Assembly (NCBI GenBank): GCA_964607485.1
Contig: CAZSKP010000006.1
Location: 75,344 to 139,343, forward strand
Direction of reading: 5' to 3'
From: an uncultured bacterium
GTDB lineage: Bacteria; Abyssobacteria; SURF-5
DNA length: 64,000 nt
Under the pieces are notes generated by a model. That model was not told the origin of the DNA and made no database searches. It saw only the letters and a list, made by a program, of their open reading frames with translations. A program made the translations under genes and the position numbers. Shown here piece after piece: positions 1-9,219 of the stretch. Position 1 is the first letter of the stretch. Every line of letters begins with the position of its first letter.

Positions 1-1
1 C

Positions 2-868
2 GACGGCTCCGGGATAAGGACACTGGTCTTTCTCAAAGGGTGTCCGTTGACGTGCAAGTGGTGCTCCAACCCCGAAGGGCAGTCCTATTCACCCGAGCTG
101 GCATACAACGTGAACAAATGCATCGGAATGAATGAGTGTGACAGGTGCATGCGGGTTTGCAAACCGGGGGCGGTTCGAGAGGGCAGCGACGGAAAGGTGG
201 AGATCGACAGAGAGCTGTGCGATAACTGCGGCAGTTGCGTCGATGTGTGTCCCTCCAAAGCCCTGGAGCTCTTCGGCAGGCACATGAGCGTGGACGATGT
301 CATCAAGGTTGTCGAGGAGGACAGCGGCTTTTATGCGAGGTCCGGCGGCGGATTGACCCTCAGTGGCGGAGAGCCGTTGTCGCAGGCCAAGTTTGTCGGC
401 CGGCTGCTCGAGGCGGCCCGCAGCCGGGGCATCGACACGGCGCTGGAGACCTCGGGATATTGTGACTGGGAAGACTTGAGATACGCGTGCAGTCTTGCAA
501 ATCAAGTCTTCTTCGACATCAAATCAATGGATCCCAAAAAGCACAAAGATGCCGTCGGCGTCGAAAACGGGTTGATACTGGACAACTTTCGAAGGCTGTG
601 CGAAAGCCTTCCGGATATTCCCATAATCGTACGGACGCCTATCATCCCGGGATTCAACGATTCGCCGAACGACATCAGGCTCATAGCAGACCTTATCGGC
701 GCAATGCCGGGCTCACCCAAGCATGAGCTTCTCTCATACCACGGATTCGGCGAGCCCAAGTATCGACAATTGGGCAAGCAGTATCCACTGCAAGGTCTCA
801 AGCCGCCGCCCGAAGAGCGCATGGCAGTCCTGAGGAGAGTGTTACGCTCGAGCGAATCTCCCGTGTGA
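2..868 (+). CDS. Glycyl-radical enzyme activating protein (radical SAM with ferredoxin insert), 5' partial
   Basis: Frame is open from position 2: DGSGIRTLVFLKGCPLTCKWCSNPE (CxxxCxxC). Also two ferredoxin Cys clusters (CDNCGSCVDVCP), GGLTLSGGEP, ETSG, RTPIIPGFND. Confidence 0.9.
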   Translation, partial: DGSGIRTLVFLKGCPLTCKWCSNPEGQSYSPELAYNVNKCIGMNECDRCMRVCKPGAVREGSDGKVEIDRELCDNCGSCVDVCPSKALELFGRHMSVDDVIKVVEEDSGFYARSGGGLTLSGGEPLSQAKFVGRLLEAARSRGIDTALETSGYCDWEDLRYACSLANQVFFDIKSMDPKKHKDAVGVENGLILDNFRRLCESLPDIPIIVRTPIIPGFNDSPNDIRLIADLIGAMPGSPKHELLSYHGFGEPKYRQLGKQYPLQGLKPPPEERMAVLRRVLRSSESPV

Positions 869-906
869 ATCCATCGGGGCCGGAGGCAACTTTCTCTCTG
901 TGGCGC

Positions 907-935
907 TTGACTTTAGGACAAGAATTTGTTATCTT
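907..935 (+). promoter_or_regulatory. Sigma70-type promoter for the tRNA-tig-clpPX operon
   Basis: TTGACT (907-912), 17 nt spacer, TATCTT (930-935). Confidence 0.6.
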
Positions 936-971
936 TTTGTTACCGGGCGGAAGGGCCCGATTCTTTTGATT

Positions 972-1044
972 GGGCCGTTAGCTCAACTGGTAGAGCAAGT
1001 GACTCTTAATCACTAGGTTCGGGGTTCGAGTCCCTGACGGCTCA
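972..1044 (+). tRNA. tRNA-Lys(CTT)
   Basis: Acceptor GGGCCGT/ACGGCTC-A, anticodon stem AGTGA/TCACT with loop CT-CTT-AA, T-loop TTCGAGT. CCA not encoded. Confidence 0.95.
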
Positions 1045-1049
1045 CACGG

Positions 1050-1132
1050 GGGCGGGTGGCGGAATCTGGCAGACGCGCATGACTTAGGATCATGTACCAT
1101 GTGGTGTGCGGGTTCAAATCCCGCCCCGCCCA
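1050..1132 (+). tRNA. tRNA-Leu(TAG)
   Basis: Acceptor GGGCGGG/CCCGCCC-A, anticodon stem CATGA/TCATG with loop CT-TAG-GA, long variable arm, T-arm GCGGG-TTCAAAT-CCCGC. Typical position upstream of tig. Confidence 0.95.
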
Positions 1133-1177
1133 CCGCCTCGCCTCACCGGGCATCACATTCCTACAGGGGGAATTCAC

Positions 1178-2518
1178 GTGAAAGTCAGTGTGGAAAAACC
1201 GTCAAGCTACCAGAGGGTCCTGACGATTGAGGTCCCTTCTGAGACGGTTGACGCAGAAATTGAGAACATCTATTCCAGAATTGATAAGACGGCCACCCAT
1301 CCAGGCTTCCGAAAGGGAAAAGTCCCTCGAAAGATAATCGAGAAAAAGTTTGGTAAATCGGTCCGCCTGGAGGCGGTCGAGTCCACTGTCTCTTCTTCTC
1401 TCAAAAAAGCGCTGGAAGAGCAGAAGCTTACTCCTCTGACCGACCCCGATTTCGACGACGTCAAGTTCGAAGACGAGGGACCGCTTTCGTTCAAGGCGAC
1501 GATAGAGATCGAGCCGACGGTCGAGCTGGGCGACTACAAGGAACTCGAGCTGAAATGCCCGAAGGCCGAGGTTACCGACGAAGATGTCGCAAGGGTTCTC
1601 GAAAGGCTGCGTCTAAACAATGCCAAGTACACTCCGGCGGAACGATCCGTTGAGAAAGGCGATATTGTCATAATCGATTTCGAGGGCTTCAAGGACGGCA
1701 AACCCGTGAAGGGCGTGAAGGCCGAAAACTTCCCATTGGAGGTGGGCTCCAACGTCTTCGGGGAGGATTTCGAGAATGAGCTCGTGGGAGCGGGCAAGGA
1801 TAATAAGAAGCAGATCACTGTCGCGTATCCCGAGGATTTTCGCACGAAGGAGCTGGCCGGCAAGGAGATAACGTTCGCGGTGACGGTGAAGGATGTCAAG
1901 GTGAGGCAGCTCCCCGACTTGGACGACGACTTTGCGAAGGACCTCGGCGAATACGATACACTCGATAAGCTGAAGCAGCACGTGCGCGAGAACCTCGAAA
2001 AGGACTTACGGAAGCGCATCGACCATTTTGTGCGTGAGCAGGCCCTGATGAAAGTTGTGACCGATTCGAAGGCGGAGATACCGCCCAAATTGAGGTCGAA
2101 AGTGGCCGCCTCCATATTCGAGGAAGAAGTAAAAAAACTGGCGTACCGTGGCGCCGACCGCGAGGCCCTGACCGCAGAACGTGACAAGATAGCGGAGTTC
2201 GCCGAAGCCGAGGCCGCGCGCCAGTTGAAGGTGACCTTTGTGACCGACGCAATAGCCCGGCAGGAGAACCTGGACGTCTCCGATGAGGAGCTGAATCAAA
2301 GCCTGGAGGAGACCATCAAGGAGTCGGAGCAGACCGACCCCCGTGTAAGGAGCTATTTGAACAGTGAGCGCGTGCGCGAACGCTACCGGGAGCAGCTACG
2401 GGTCGGGAAGATATTGGATTTTATCGTGAGCAGTGCTAAAATAGAAGAGGTCGATCAGGCGGCGGGCGGAGCTGCGTCCGCGCCGACCCCTGGCGGAGAA
2501 GAAGAAGGAGAAAGTTAG
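1178..2518 (+). CDS. tig: Trigger factor
   Basis: GFRKGKVP ribosome-binding signature, FKBP-like middle domain. GTG start at 1178 after a GGGGG SD-like site; the longer ORF start overlaps the tRNA. Confidence 0.95.
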   Translation: MKVSVEKPSSYQRVLTIEVPSETVDAEIENIYSRIDKTATHPGFRKGKVPRKIIEKKFGKSVRLEAVESTVSSSLKKALEEQKLTPLTDPDFDDVKFEDEGPLSFKATIEIEPTVELGDYKELELKCPKAEVTDEDVARVLERLRLNNAKYTPAERSVEKGDIVIIDFEGFKDGKPVKGVKAENFPLEVGSNVFGEDFENELVGAGKDNKKQITVAYPEDFRTKELAGKEITFAVTVKDVKVRQLPDLDDDFAKDLGEYDTLDKLKQHVRENLEKDLRKRIDHFVREQALMKVVTDSKAEIPPKLRSKVAASIFEEEVKKLAYRGADREALTAERDKIAEFAEAEAARQLKVTFVTDAIARQENLDVSDEELNQSLEETIKESEQTDPRVRSYLNSERVRERYREQLRVGKILDFIVSSAKIEEVDQAAGGAASAPTPGGEEEGES

Positions 2519-2521
2519 AAA

Positions 2522-3118
2522 ATGCCCCTCATCATACCAAGGATTGTCGAACAGGACGCACGAGGCGAAAAGGGCTGGGACATAATCTCTCGCCTGCTCA
2601 AAGACCGCATCATCTTCATCGGCGAGGCGATCGACGAGTGGGTGTCTCAGTTGATAATAGCCCAGCTCCTGTATCTCGAGGCGGAGGACCCTGAGAAAGA
2701 CATATACGTTTACATCAACAGCCCCGGCGGCTACGTCACGGCGGGCCTGGCGATATACGACACGATGCAATACATACGCGCGAACATTTCAACGATCTGC
2801 ATCGGCCAGGCGGCGAGTCTGGGCGCGCTGTTGCTGTGCGCCGGCACCAAGGGCAAACGGTTCGCGCTTCCTTATGCGCGAATTCTCATACATCAGCCGC
2901 TCGGCGGAGCCCACGGTCAGGCGACCGACATCGAGATTCAGGCCAAGGAGATTCTGAAGGTCAGAGAGATCATCAACGAGATTCTCGTCAGACACACGGG
3001 CCAATCGCCGGAGAAGATTCGGCAGGATACGGAGCGGGACTATTACATGTCCGCCGAGGAAGCCAGGGCATACGGCATCGTCGATGAGGTGCTCGTCAAG
3101 AACATCGATACTAAATAG
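2522..3118 (+). CDS. clpP: ATP-dependent Clp protease proteolytic subunit
   Basis: YINSPGG, GQAASLG (catalytic Ser), [15 protein letters not shown]. Confidence 0.97.
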   Translation: MPLIIPRIVEQDARGEKGWDIISRLLKDRIIFIGEAIDEWVSQLIIAQLLYLEAEDPEKDIYVYINSPGGYVTAGLAIYDTMQYIRANISTICIGQAASLGALLLCAGTKGKRFALPYARILIHQPLGGAHGQATDIEIQAKEILKVREIINEILVRHTGQSPEKIRQDTERDYYMSAEEARAYGIVDEVLVKNIDTK

Positions 3119-3132
3119 GCGGGGGATGTCAG

Positions 3133-4380
3133 ATGGTGTTTAATTACGGCGAGGGCAGCGACGTGCCCACCTGTTCGTTCTGCGGGAAGAGACAGGACGA
3201 GGTGAAGAAGCTGATCGCAGGCCCCATGGTGTACATCTGCGACGAGTGCGTGGAACTGTGCGGGGAAATGCTTGAGGGCGAGGCCCGCGTCGCTCCCGCC
3301 GCGCAGCGTCCGAAAGTTCCAAAGCCGAAGGAAATCAAGAAGATTCTCGACGAATATGTCATCGGCCAGGAACGCGCGAAAAAAATCCTCTCCGTCGCGG
3401 TTCACAATCATTATAAGCGGATTGAGTTCGACCTAGACGACGACGTCGAACTGCAGAAGAGCAACGTTCTTCTGGTCGGACCCACGGGGTCGGGCAAGAC
3501 ACTGCTCGCGCAGACTCTGGCCCGTATTCTCGACGTGCCGTTCGCCATCGCCGATGCAACCACGCTCACCGAGGCGGGGTACGTGGGCGAGGATGTGGAG
3601 AACATCATCCTGAAACTTCTCCAGAACGCCGACTACGACCCCGAACAGGCCGAGGTGGGAATCGTCTACGTCGATGAAATAGACAAGATAGCCCGGAAGA
3701 ACGAGAACGTGTCCATCACCCGCGATGTCTCCGGCGAAGGAGTGCAGCAGGCGCTTCTGAAGATACTCGAAGGCACGATAGCGAACGTGCCCCCACAGGG
3801 CGGGCGCAAGCATCCTCAGCAGGAATACATTCAGGTGGATACCACCAACGTTCTCTTCATCTGCGGCGGCGCGTTCGTCGGCGTTGAAAAGATGATCGAG
3901 TCGCGGCTGGGCAAGAACGCCATCGGCTTCGGCGCCGAGCCCCGGCCGCGCCAGAAGGGGCGGGTGGGCGAAATCCTGAAGCACATTCAGCCCGAGGATT
4001 TGCTGAAGTACGGAATGATACCGGAATTCGTCGGCCGTATTCCGGTCATTGCCACGTTCGATGAACTTTGCGAAGACGACCTGATTCGCATCCTGCAAGA
4101 GCCGAAGAACGCGCTTGTGAAACAATACGAAAAATTTTTCGGGATCGAAAACGTCAAGCTGACTTTCACCGATGACGCATTGGTCGAAATCGCGCGCCAG
4201 GCCATCGCGCGCAAGAGCGGCGCCCGGGGCCTCCGCGCCATCATGGAGGAGGTCATGCTCGACATAATGTATGAGACTCCTTCAAAGAGCGATGTTCGAG
4301 AATGCATCATCACCGCCGCGGTTGTACGAAAACAGGAAGAGCCCAGGCTCGTGCACGTGAGCCGAAAGCGCTCGGCCTGA
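3133..4380 (+). CDS. clpX: ATP-dependent Clp protease ATP-binding subunit
   Basis: CSFCGK...ICDECVELC zinc finger, [29 protein letters not shown] loop. Confidence 0.97.
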   Translation: MVFNYGEGSDVPTCSFCGKRQDEVKKLIAGPMVYICDECVELCGEMLEGEARVAPAAQRPKVPKPKEIKKILDEYVIGQERAKKILSVAVHNHYKRIEFDLDDDVELQKSNVLLVGPTGSGKTLLAQTLARILDVPFAIADATTLTEAGYVGEDVENIILKLLQNADYDPEQAEVGIVYVDEIDKIARKNENVSITRDVSGEGVQQALLKILEGTIANVPPQGGRKHPQQEYIQVDTTNVLFICGGAFVGVEKMIESRLGKNAIGFGAEPRPRQKGRVGEILKHIQPEDLLKYGMIPEFVGRIPVIATFDELCEDDLIRILQEPKNALVKQYEKFFGIENVKLTFTDDALVEIARQAIARKSGARGLRAIMEEVMLDIMYETPSKSDVRECIITAAVVRKQEEPRLVHVSRKRSA

Positions 4381-4401
4381 GCAGGCATGTGAGTTAATAT
4401 T

Positions 4402-4436
4402 GAGAGAGGCAGCCCGGGGCTGTCTCTTTTGCTTTG
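4402..4436 (+). terminator. Intrinsic terminator after clpX
   Basis: AGAGGCAGCC-CGG-GGCTGTCTCT hairpin followed by a T-rich tract. Confidence 0.65.
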
Positions 4437-4476
4437 TCCGAAGCTTGGCTTCTCCGTTGCCGTCGGGGCGCAGGGA

Positions 4477-5055
4477 ATGAAGATTACTTCCTCGGAATAC
4501 ATCGTCAGCGCGTTCAACAGGACGCAGTTCCCAAAAGACCGGTTGCCTGAGATCGCCTTTGCGGGCAGGTCAAACGTCGGCAAGTCTTCGCTCCTCAATT
4601 GCCTTGTCGGAAGAGACATCGCCAAAATCAGCGGCACTCCCGGCAAAACGCGGGCGATCAATTTCTTTCTCATCAATCGGAAATTCTATTTCGTTGACTT
4701 GCCGGGATACGGTTATGCGCGCGTGCCGAAGCGTATGCAGGAGAGTTGGCGGCAATTGATGGAGGGATACATCGGCGGGAGGCCCAACCTCAGGGCGGCC
4801 GTCGTGATCATCGACGTCCGCAGGGAGGCGATTCCGGAAATGGATTTGCAGATGATCGACTACCTGTCATCCGTCAAAGTCGCGTGCGTTCCCGTTCTGA
4901 CCAAGGTGGACAAGCTGAGCCGGTCCGCGCTGGCCCGTTTGAAAAAGGCTCACGCCCGCCAGCTTCCTTCCGAAGCGCACCCGACGCTGTTTTCCGCCGT
5001 CACACGCGAGGGACTCAGCGAGCTGCGGAACCGAATAGCCGACTATCTCGCCTGA
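4477..5055 (+). CDS. engB: Ribosome biogenesis GTPase YihA/YsxC
   Basis: GRSNVGKSS, PGKT, DLPGYGY, TKVDK G-motifs. ATG at 4477. Confidence 0.95.
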   Translation: MKITSSEYIVSAFNRTQFPKDRLPEIAFAGRSNVGKSSLLNCLVGRDIAKISGTPGKTRAINFFLINRKFYFVDLPGYGYARVPKRMQESWRQLMEGYIGGRPNLRAAVVIIDVRREAIPEMDLQMIDYLSSVKVACVPVLTKVDKLSRSALARLKKAHARQLPSEAHPTLFSAVTREGLSELRNRIADYLA

Positions 5056-6740
5056 GTCTGCGCTTCTTCCTCCGAAACGTCGTATATGAAGATGGAATAT
5101 CCCAGGGTCTTTTTCGGTTGTAGCTTCTTCAGCCAGTCGTGGCAGTGCCGGTCTTTCAGGTAAAGGTTCTGAAGGTAAGTCGCGCTGACTGCCCATACAC
5201 CGGGAGAGGGCTCGCAGTCGTTCAGGTCGGCGTTTTTCAATCCATAGTATTCCATCACTCCGGGAGGCCCGAAGTATTTAATTTTCGCATCCGTTATGTC
5301 GTTTTTGGCAAGGTAATTTGCAAGCTCGCCGAGGCTCTGGCCCCAGTCGAGATTGGAGTCCACGAGATACTTATACCCGTTGCTCGGACCGCCGACCAAC
5401 TCGTTGAAATAGGCGAGATAGTGCGGATATATCCACGCCGCCGACGCCGCATACCAGACGCACAGCAGCGCCAGAGCTTGCCTCCATTTTTTCGATTCGG
5501 TGGTCGCGACTTTTCCGGCAAGAATACAAAACAGCGGGATCAGCGGAAGAATATATCTGAGCCCGATGTTTATCTTTGTCGGGAGCGAGAACAGTATTAT
5601 CATGGGCGCCATCGATAACAACAGAAAGCGTTCATCTTCTTTCCGCTCGTTCGCGTTTCTGCGCGTGACGAGCGCCACCGCGAGGAAAATGATGAATGGC
5701 AGCGGAGTTTTTATCAAAAAGGCCGCCCAGTAGAAATACCACCAGCCGGTGGACGAGATGTGACCGAAGAGGAAATTGTCTTTCCAGCCCTTGGCCGCCG
5801 CAAGCTGGGTGTAGATGCCGAGGATGTACGAATATGCCGGCACGCGCACCCCGCGACTTGCGAGCGCGTCCACCGCATGCCAGAACGGTTTTTCCTTCAC
5901 CAACCTCTGCGCCTCCGGCTTCAGCCACTCCGGCATGAATGGGACGCCGAACTGGAAGCCATAACCCGCCCAAACGACGAACACCGCGACGCCGAAAATG
6001 AGCGCGAGCCTCAACGCAAGTTGGCTCAGAGTGTGCGGGCGGCTCGATTTCTCCCCGGGCCGGCGCCACTGCATGAGCGCGACAAAGAGAAACGTGGGAA
6101 CCAGGATCAGCCCGGTGAACTTCGACAGCAACGCGAGGCCCAGCCCCAGCCCGGTCAGGAGAAGACGCCCGGCCGACGGATTCCGAAGGTAGCGGCTCAG
6201 CAAATACAGCGCCAGCGTCATGGTCAGCGCGAGCAGCAGGTCGGCCGTCGCCAGCCGGCAGTGCGCGAGAATCGTCGGACACAGCGCGTAAAGAAACGTC
6301 GCGAGAACGGCGGCGGATGCGCCGTAGATTTCTCTGCACCAGAGGAATACCAACAGTCCCAGCAGGGCCGAAAGGATGACAAACGGGACACGAGCCAGAA
6401 ACATCATGAGGGCGGGGGAGTGTCCTGAGTCGAACACCAGCGGCGGGCCGATGTACTTGCGATATATGTATTGCTCGTCGCCGAACCGGTCGGGCTGGAA
6501 CTTCAGCGGGAACAGCAGGAGGCTGTTTACGTAATAAGAGAGCGGCGGATGGAGCTGAAGCGCCGTGATTCCGTAGTTCCGCGTCTCAAGGAGCTGGCGG
6601 CCGACGCCGATGTAGCTAGGCTCGTCCCACGTGAGCGACGCCTGCCGCATGCTTCCCACCGCCAGCGCAACATGCACGGCGAGCAATGCGGCCACGACTC
6701 TTAAAATCGGGACAGAGCCTATTTTTTCGCCATTAATCAT
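5043..6740 (-). CDS. ArnT/PMT-like GT-C glycosyltransferase (GT39-like), start uncertain
   Basis: TWDEP and HPPL luminal motifs, many TM helices, SKFTG, RYILP, YFNELVGG, DSNLDWGQ. Confidence 0.8.
   Translation of the reverse strand: MINGEKIGSVPILRVVAALLAVHVALAVGSMRQASLTWDEPSYIGVGRQLLETRNYGITALQLHPPLSYYVNSLLLFPLKFQPDRFGDEQYIYRKYIGPPLVFDSGHSPALMMFLARVPFVILSALLGLLVFLWCREIYGASAAVLATFLYALCPTILAHCRLATADLLLALTMTLALYLLSRYLRNPSAGRLLLTGLGLGLALLSKFTGLILVPTFLFVALMQWRRPGEKSSRPHTLSQLALRLALIFGVAVFVVWAGYGFQFGVPFMPEWLKPEAQRLVKEKPFWHAVDALASRGVRVPAYSYILGIYTQLAAAKGWKDNFLFGHISSTGWWYFYWAAFLIKTPLPFIIFLAVALVTRRNANERKEDERFLLLSMAPMIILFSLPTKINIGLRYILPLIPLFCILAGKVATTESKKWRQALALLCVWYAASAAWIYPHYLAYFNELVGGPSNGYKYLVDSNLDWGQSLGELANYLAKNDITDAKIKYFGPPGVMEYYGLKNADLNDCEPSPGVWAVSATYLQNLYLKDRHCHDWLKKLQPKKTLGYSIFIYDVSEEEAQTQAR
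6709..6727 (+). repeat. Left copy of a perfect 19-bp inverted repeat flanking the transposase
   Basis: GGGACAGAGCCTATTTTTT is the exact reverse complement of 7486-7504. Confidence 0.9.
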
Positions 6741-7407
6741 GTTTTTTCAATGACTTAGAGGGGCGACCCCTCCTCGATTTCCGAAGTTTTCGGCCAAGTA
6801 CACGCTCAAGCTTATTGAGAAAATCAGGCGAACCTAGCGGATTTCCCGCCAGAGTTGAGCGTCTAATTTCGTCGGTCTCGGAGTGGGTTTCGCTTCTTGC
6901 GACGAATTCACGCCATTCCATGAGCAAATCCTTCGGGGGCCATCTTCTGGATAGGAGCCGGTCCATCTCGTCCATGTGACCCCGTGTGCTCGACCACAAA
7001 TAATCCCAAGGCCGCGCCACCGACCCGGCTCTCACGGGGTTCCGCTCAACATAGCGGACGGCGGCCAGCGTGTGCATCTCGTCGAGAATGCACGAGAAAA
7101 AACGCCCTTGCCAGAGATGCCCGGACTGAGAGTATTTTCGGTTGAAATGTTGGGCGTAGCGCATGTGCGTATCGGCGAGCGTTCGAGCCAGTGAATGTTG
7201 GCTCTTGGGGACGCACACGAGGTGGACATGGTTGGACATCAAGCAGTACGCGAAAATCTCAAGGCCGTGCTTTTCGCGATACCTCGCAAGCAGGTCGAGA
7301 TAGAGACGGCGGTCGGCATCGTCCAGAAAAACCTCCTGTTGCCTGTTACCGCGCTGAGTCACGTGATGCGGAAGACCCGCGGCCACGACTCTGGCTATTC
7401 TCGGCAT
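6733..7407 (-). mobile_element. REP-associated tyrosine transposase-like (Y1_Tnp, HUH) gene
   Basis: PHHVTQRGN, YCLMSNHVHL (HUH), GHLWQGRF, YVERNPVRAG (catalytic Tyr), WSS. Confidence 0.9.
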
Positions 7408-7413
7408 GGAAGA

Positions 7414-7442
7414 ATAATACCGGAATACTCTGCGCGTGTCAA
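7414..7442 (-). promoter_or_regulatory. Promoter of the RAYT-like gene (probably leaderless mRNA)
   Basis: TTGACA, 17 nt, TATTAT, then 6 nt to the ATG at 7407. Confidence 0.7.
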
Positions 7443-7485
7443 GGAGGCGATGTCGTTACTATTATAGTGGTAATGAGTTAGTACT

Positions 7486-7524
7486 AAAAAATAGGCTCTG
7501 TCCCTTTAAAGTGTCCCTTTAAAG
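7486..7524 (+). repeat. Right copy of the 19-bp inverted repeat plus a 13-bp tandem duplication
   Basis: AAAAAATAGGCTCTGTCCC (7486-7504); TGTCCCTTTAAAG occurs twice (7499-7511, 7512-7524). Confidence 0.9.
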
Positions 7525-7545
7525 ACGCACACTTCGCGCGTGCAT

Positions 7546-7902
7546 TCAGAGTAACCACCTAAAATAAATTAACACAAGGAAGGCGAAGGAAAGCACAAAC
7601 ACCCATCCAGCAGTGAAAATCGACTCTTCCACAAATCGTCCTGATAGGCTGGCATATTGGTTCAAGCAGAACATTATCGCGAAGCCCACAATAGAACAGA
7701 TCAGGTTGAGTTTCAAGAAATACATCACAGCGGCCCCGCCTCCTGTAATCAAAAGGGTATCGACGAAAGGGTTGATATATCGATGGACAAGCTGATTCGT
7801 AGGTGGGGGCCACCATCTGGAACATGTTATCGCAGGAGTGACAACAATCGCTATGACGTATTCAGCGAGAAGGAATAAGAAGAACTTACCGAGCATCAGC
7901 AT
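7546..7902 (-). CDS. Hypothetical small membrane protein (about 4 TM)
   Basis: 118 aa hydrophobic ORF in the AT-richer block with an upstream GAGG. Confidence 0.55.
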   Translation of the reverse strand: MLMLGKFFLFLLAEYVIAIVVTPAITCSRWWPPPTNQLVHRYINPFVDTLLITGGGAAVMYFLKLNLICSIVGFAIMFCLNQYASLSGRFVEESIFTAGWVFVLSFAFLVLIYFRWLL

Positions 7903-7965
7903 ATCTCTCTATTCCTCACGCGCTCACGCAAATGGGATCAGTTGATCCTATTGTTCCATTATGTC

Positions 7966-8415
7966 TTATCTGAGTCTTCTCAGTCTCCAAAACCTCTTCA
8001 GCATACCATGAGAGTAGTACTTCTTGCCGGTAGAAGCCTGCGCGAAGGCGACATACTTTTCAGATTTCTGCCCGTACTCCAGAGCCTTTTTCTCATCGAT
8101 GAAGTATGAATGCGTCCTTCCTTCTGTCAGCTCGACATTTTGTATAGAGTCTTGAGCAATCGTATAGCGGTGCGCTGTTCCACGAGGATAGACAAGACCT
8201 GCTCCTGAGATCGTGATTGGCCTTCTCCCGGTATTGACAACGGAAATGTGAATCAAATCCATGTTGGCGTATTCTCCGATCGGCGGATATATCTTGAAGC
8301 CTCCAGAAACCCAAACTTTCACTTCTGGACGGTCTTTCAAGAATTCGACTATTCTGATAAGAGCCAAAATTGTTGAAAGTACCGCTCCCCAGATCGCAAG
8401 TAGCAAAGTGGCCAT
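7966..8415 (-). CDS. Hypothetical protein, N-terminal TM anchor plus beta-rich domain
   Basis: MATLLLAIWGAVLSTILALI helix, then ISVVNTGRRPITI motif; AT-richer codon usage. Confidence 0.65.
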   Translation of the reverse strand: MATLLLAIWGAVLSTILALIRIVEFLKDRPEVKVWVSGGFKIYPPIGEYANMDLIHISVVNTGRRPITISGAGLVYPRGTAHRYTIAQDSIQNVELTEGRTHSYFIDEKKALEYGQKSEKYVAFAQASTGKKYYSHGMLKRFWRLRRLR

Positions 8416-8438
8416 ATCTGTTCCGTCTGAACCCAACA

Positions 8439-9167
8439 CTATATGTTCCCGGTCGATTTCAGTTCTTCGGCGAGTTTGGCAACAAACTGCGTAGACAGGC
8501 GCTCATCAAAACAAAGGGTGAGCGTCCCGGTTTCGGAAAGAAATTTGCTGGCAATCATGGCCTCCGGAGGACGTTTAGAGACAAAGAAAATCCAAAGGAA
8601 TCCACCTAAGATGAGCCGATAACAGTAGTGCCCGCGCGGACGCAGTTTTTCTGCACCCAATATCGCGTCCGTGATCAGTTGCCCGTTAACAACAAGTCCG
8701 CATACGAGGCACCCATATTTGTCTGGAGCGCCCGGGTCTTCGTTCAGCAACATCTTCCTTATGATTGGCTCATGCGGGCCCAATTTGACCTCCGCAAATG
8801 CTTTGTGTTTTGCTACTCCAGCTCGCCATAGCAAGGATAACTGAAATAGCTTGAATTTCTGGTAGTCGATTCCGGTAAGGGTTGTATTTCCAGCTATCTT
8901 ACCTTTAACTGTGGGGATCGTTATGGTCCGGCCGTTAAAAGCAGAGGAGGCATATGTTTCGAGCTTAGAAAACTTTGTTTCGCACGGCTGGCAGAGTAAT
9001 TTCTCTTGGATTCCCTTTTGCAGAAATTCGTGTTGTTTGTCTGCAACTGTGGAAAGTTTGTGGAATCGATGTATGCTATCGTATAACGGCTTATAGACAA
9101 ACTCAGGTATGATGTGCGAATTCCGCAGATCATCCTGACTTCCACACAGTTTGCACGGCATTTTCAT
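8439..9167 (-). CDS. HNH-like zinc-binding nuclease-domain protein
   Basis: CKLC...SHIIP...LLCQPCE N-terminal pattern; LSLLWRA C-terminal motif. Confidence 0.6.
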   Translation of the reverse strand: MKMPCKLCGSQDDLRNSHIIPEFVYKPLYDSIHRFHKLSTVADKQHEFLQKGIQEKLLCQPCETKFSKLETYASSAFNGRTITIPTVKGKIAGNTTLTGIDYQKFKLFQLSLLWRAGVAKHKAFAEVKLGPHEPIIRKMLLNEDPGAPDKYGCLVCGLVVNGQLITDAILGAEKLRPRGHYCYRLILGGFLWIFFVSKRPPEAMIASKFLSETGTLTLCFDERLSTQFVAKLAEELKSTGNI

Positions 9168-9219
9168 TCTTTCAGAGTTGAAGAAGCGAATGATAGCTTC
9201 ATAAGACGCAGTGCTGATC

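Noticed and set aside
972-1132. tRNAs as prophage or island integration sites
   Set aside because: No integrase and no duplicated tRNA 3' end seen in the window; tig follows directly.
1106-1177. Longer N-terminus for tig
   Set aside because: Overlaps tRNA-Leu; the GTG at 1178 has an SD-like site and a typical start.
4381-4476. Absence of lon between clpX and engB
   Set aside because: Common variation; no remnant visible.
7546-9210. Classical integron cassette array
   Set aside because: No IntI tyrosine recombinase and no RYYYAAC...GTTRRRY attC structures recognisable in the spacers.
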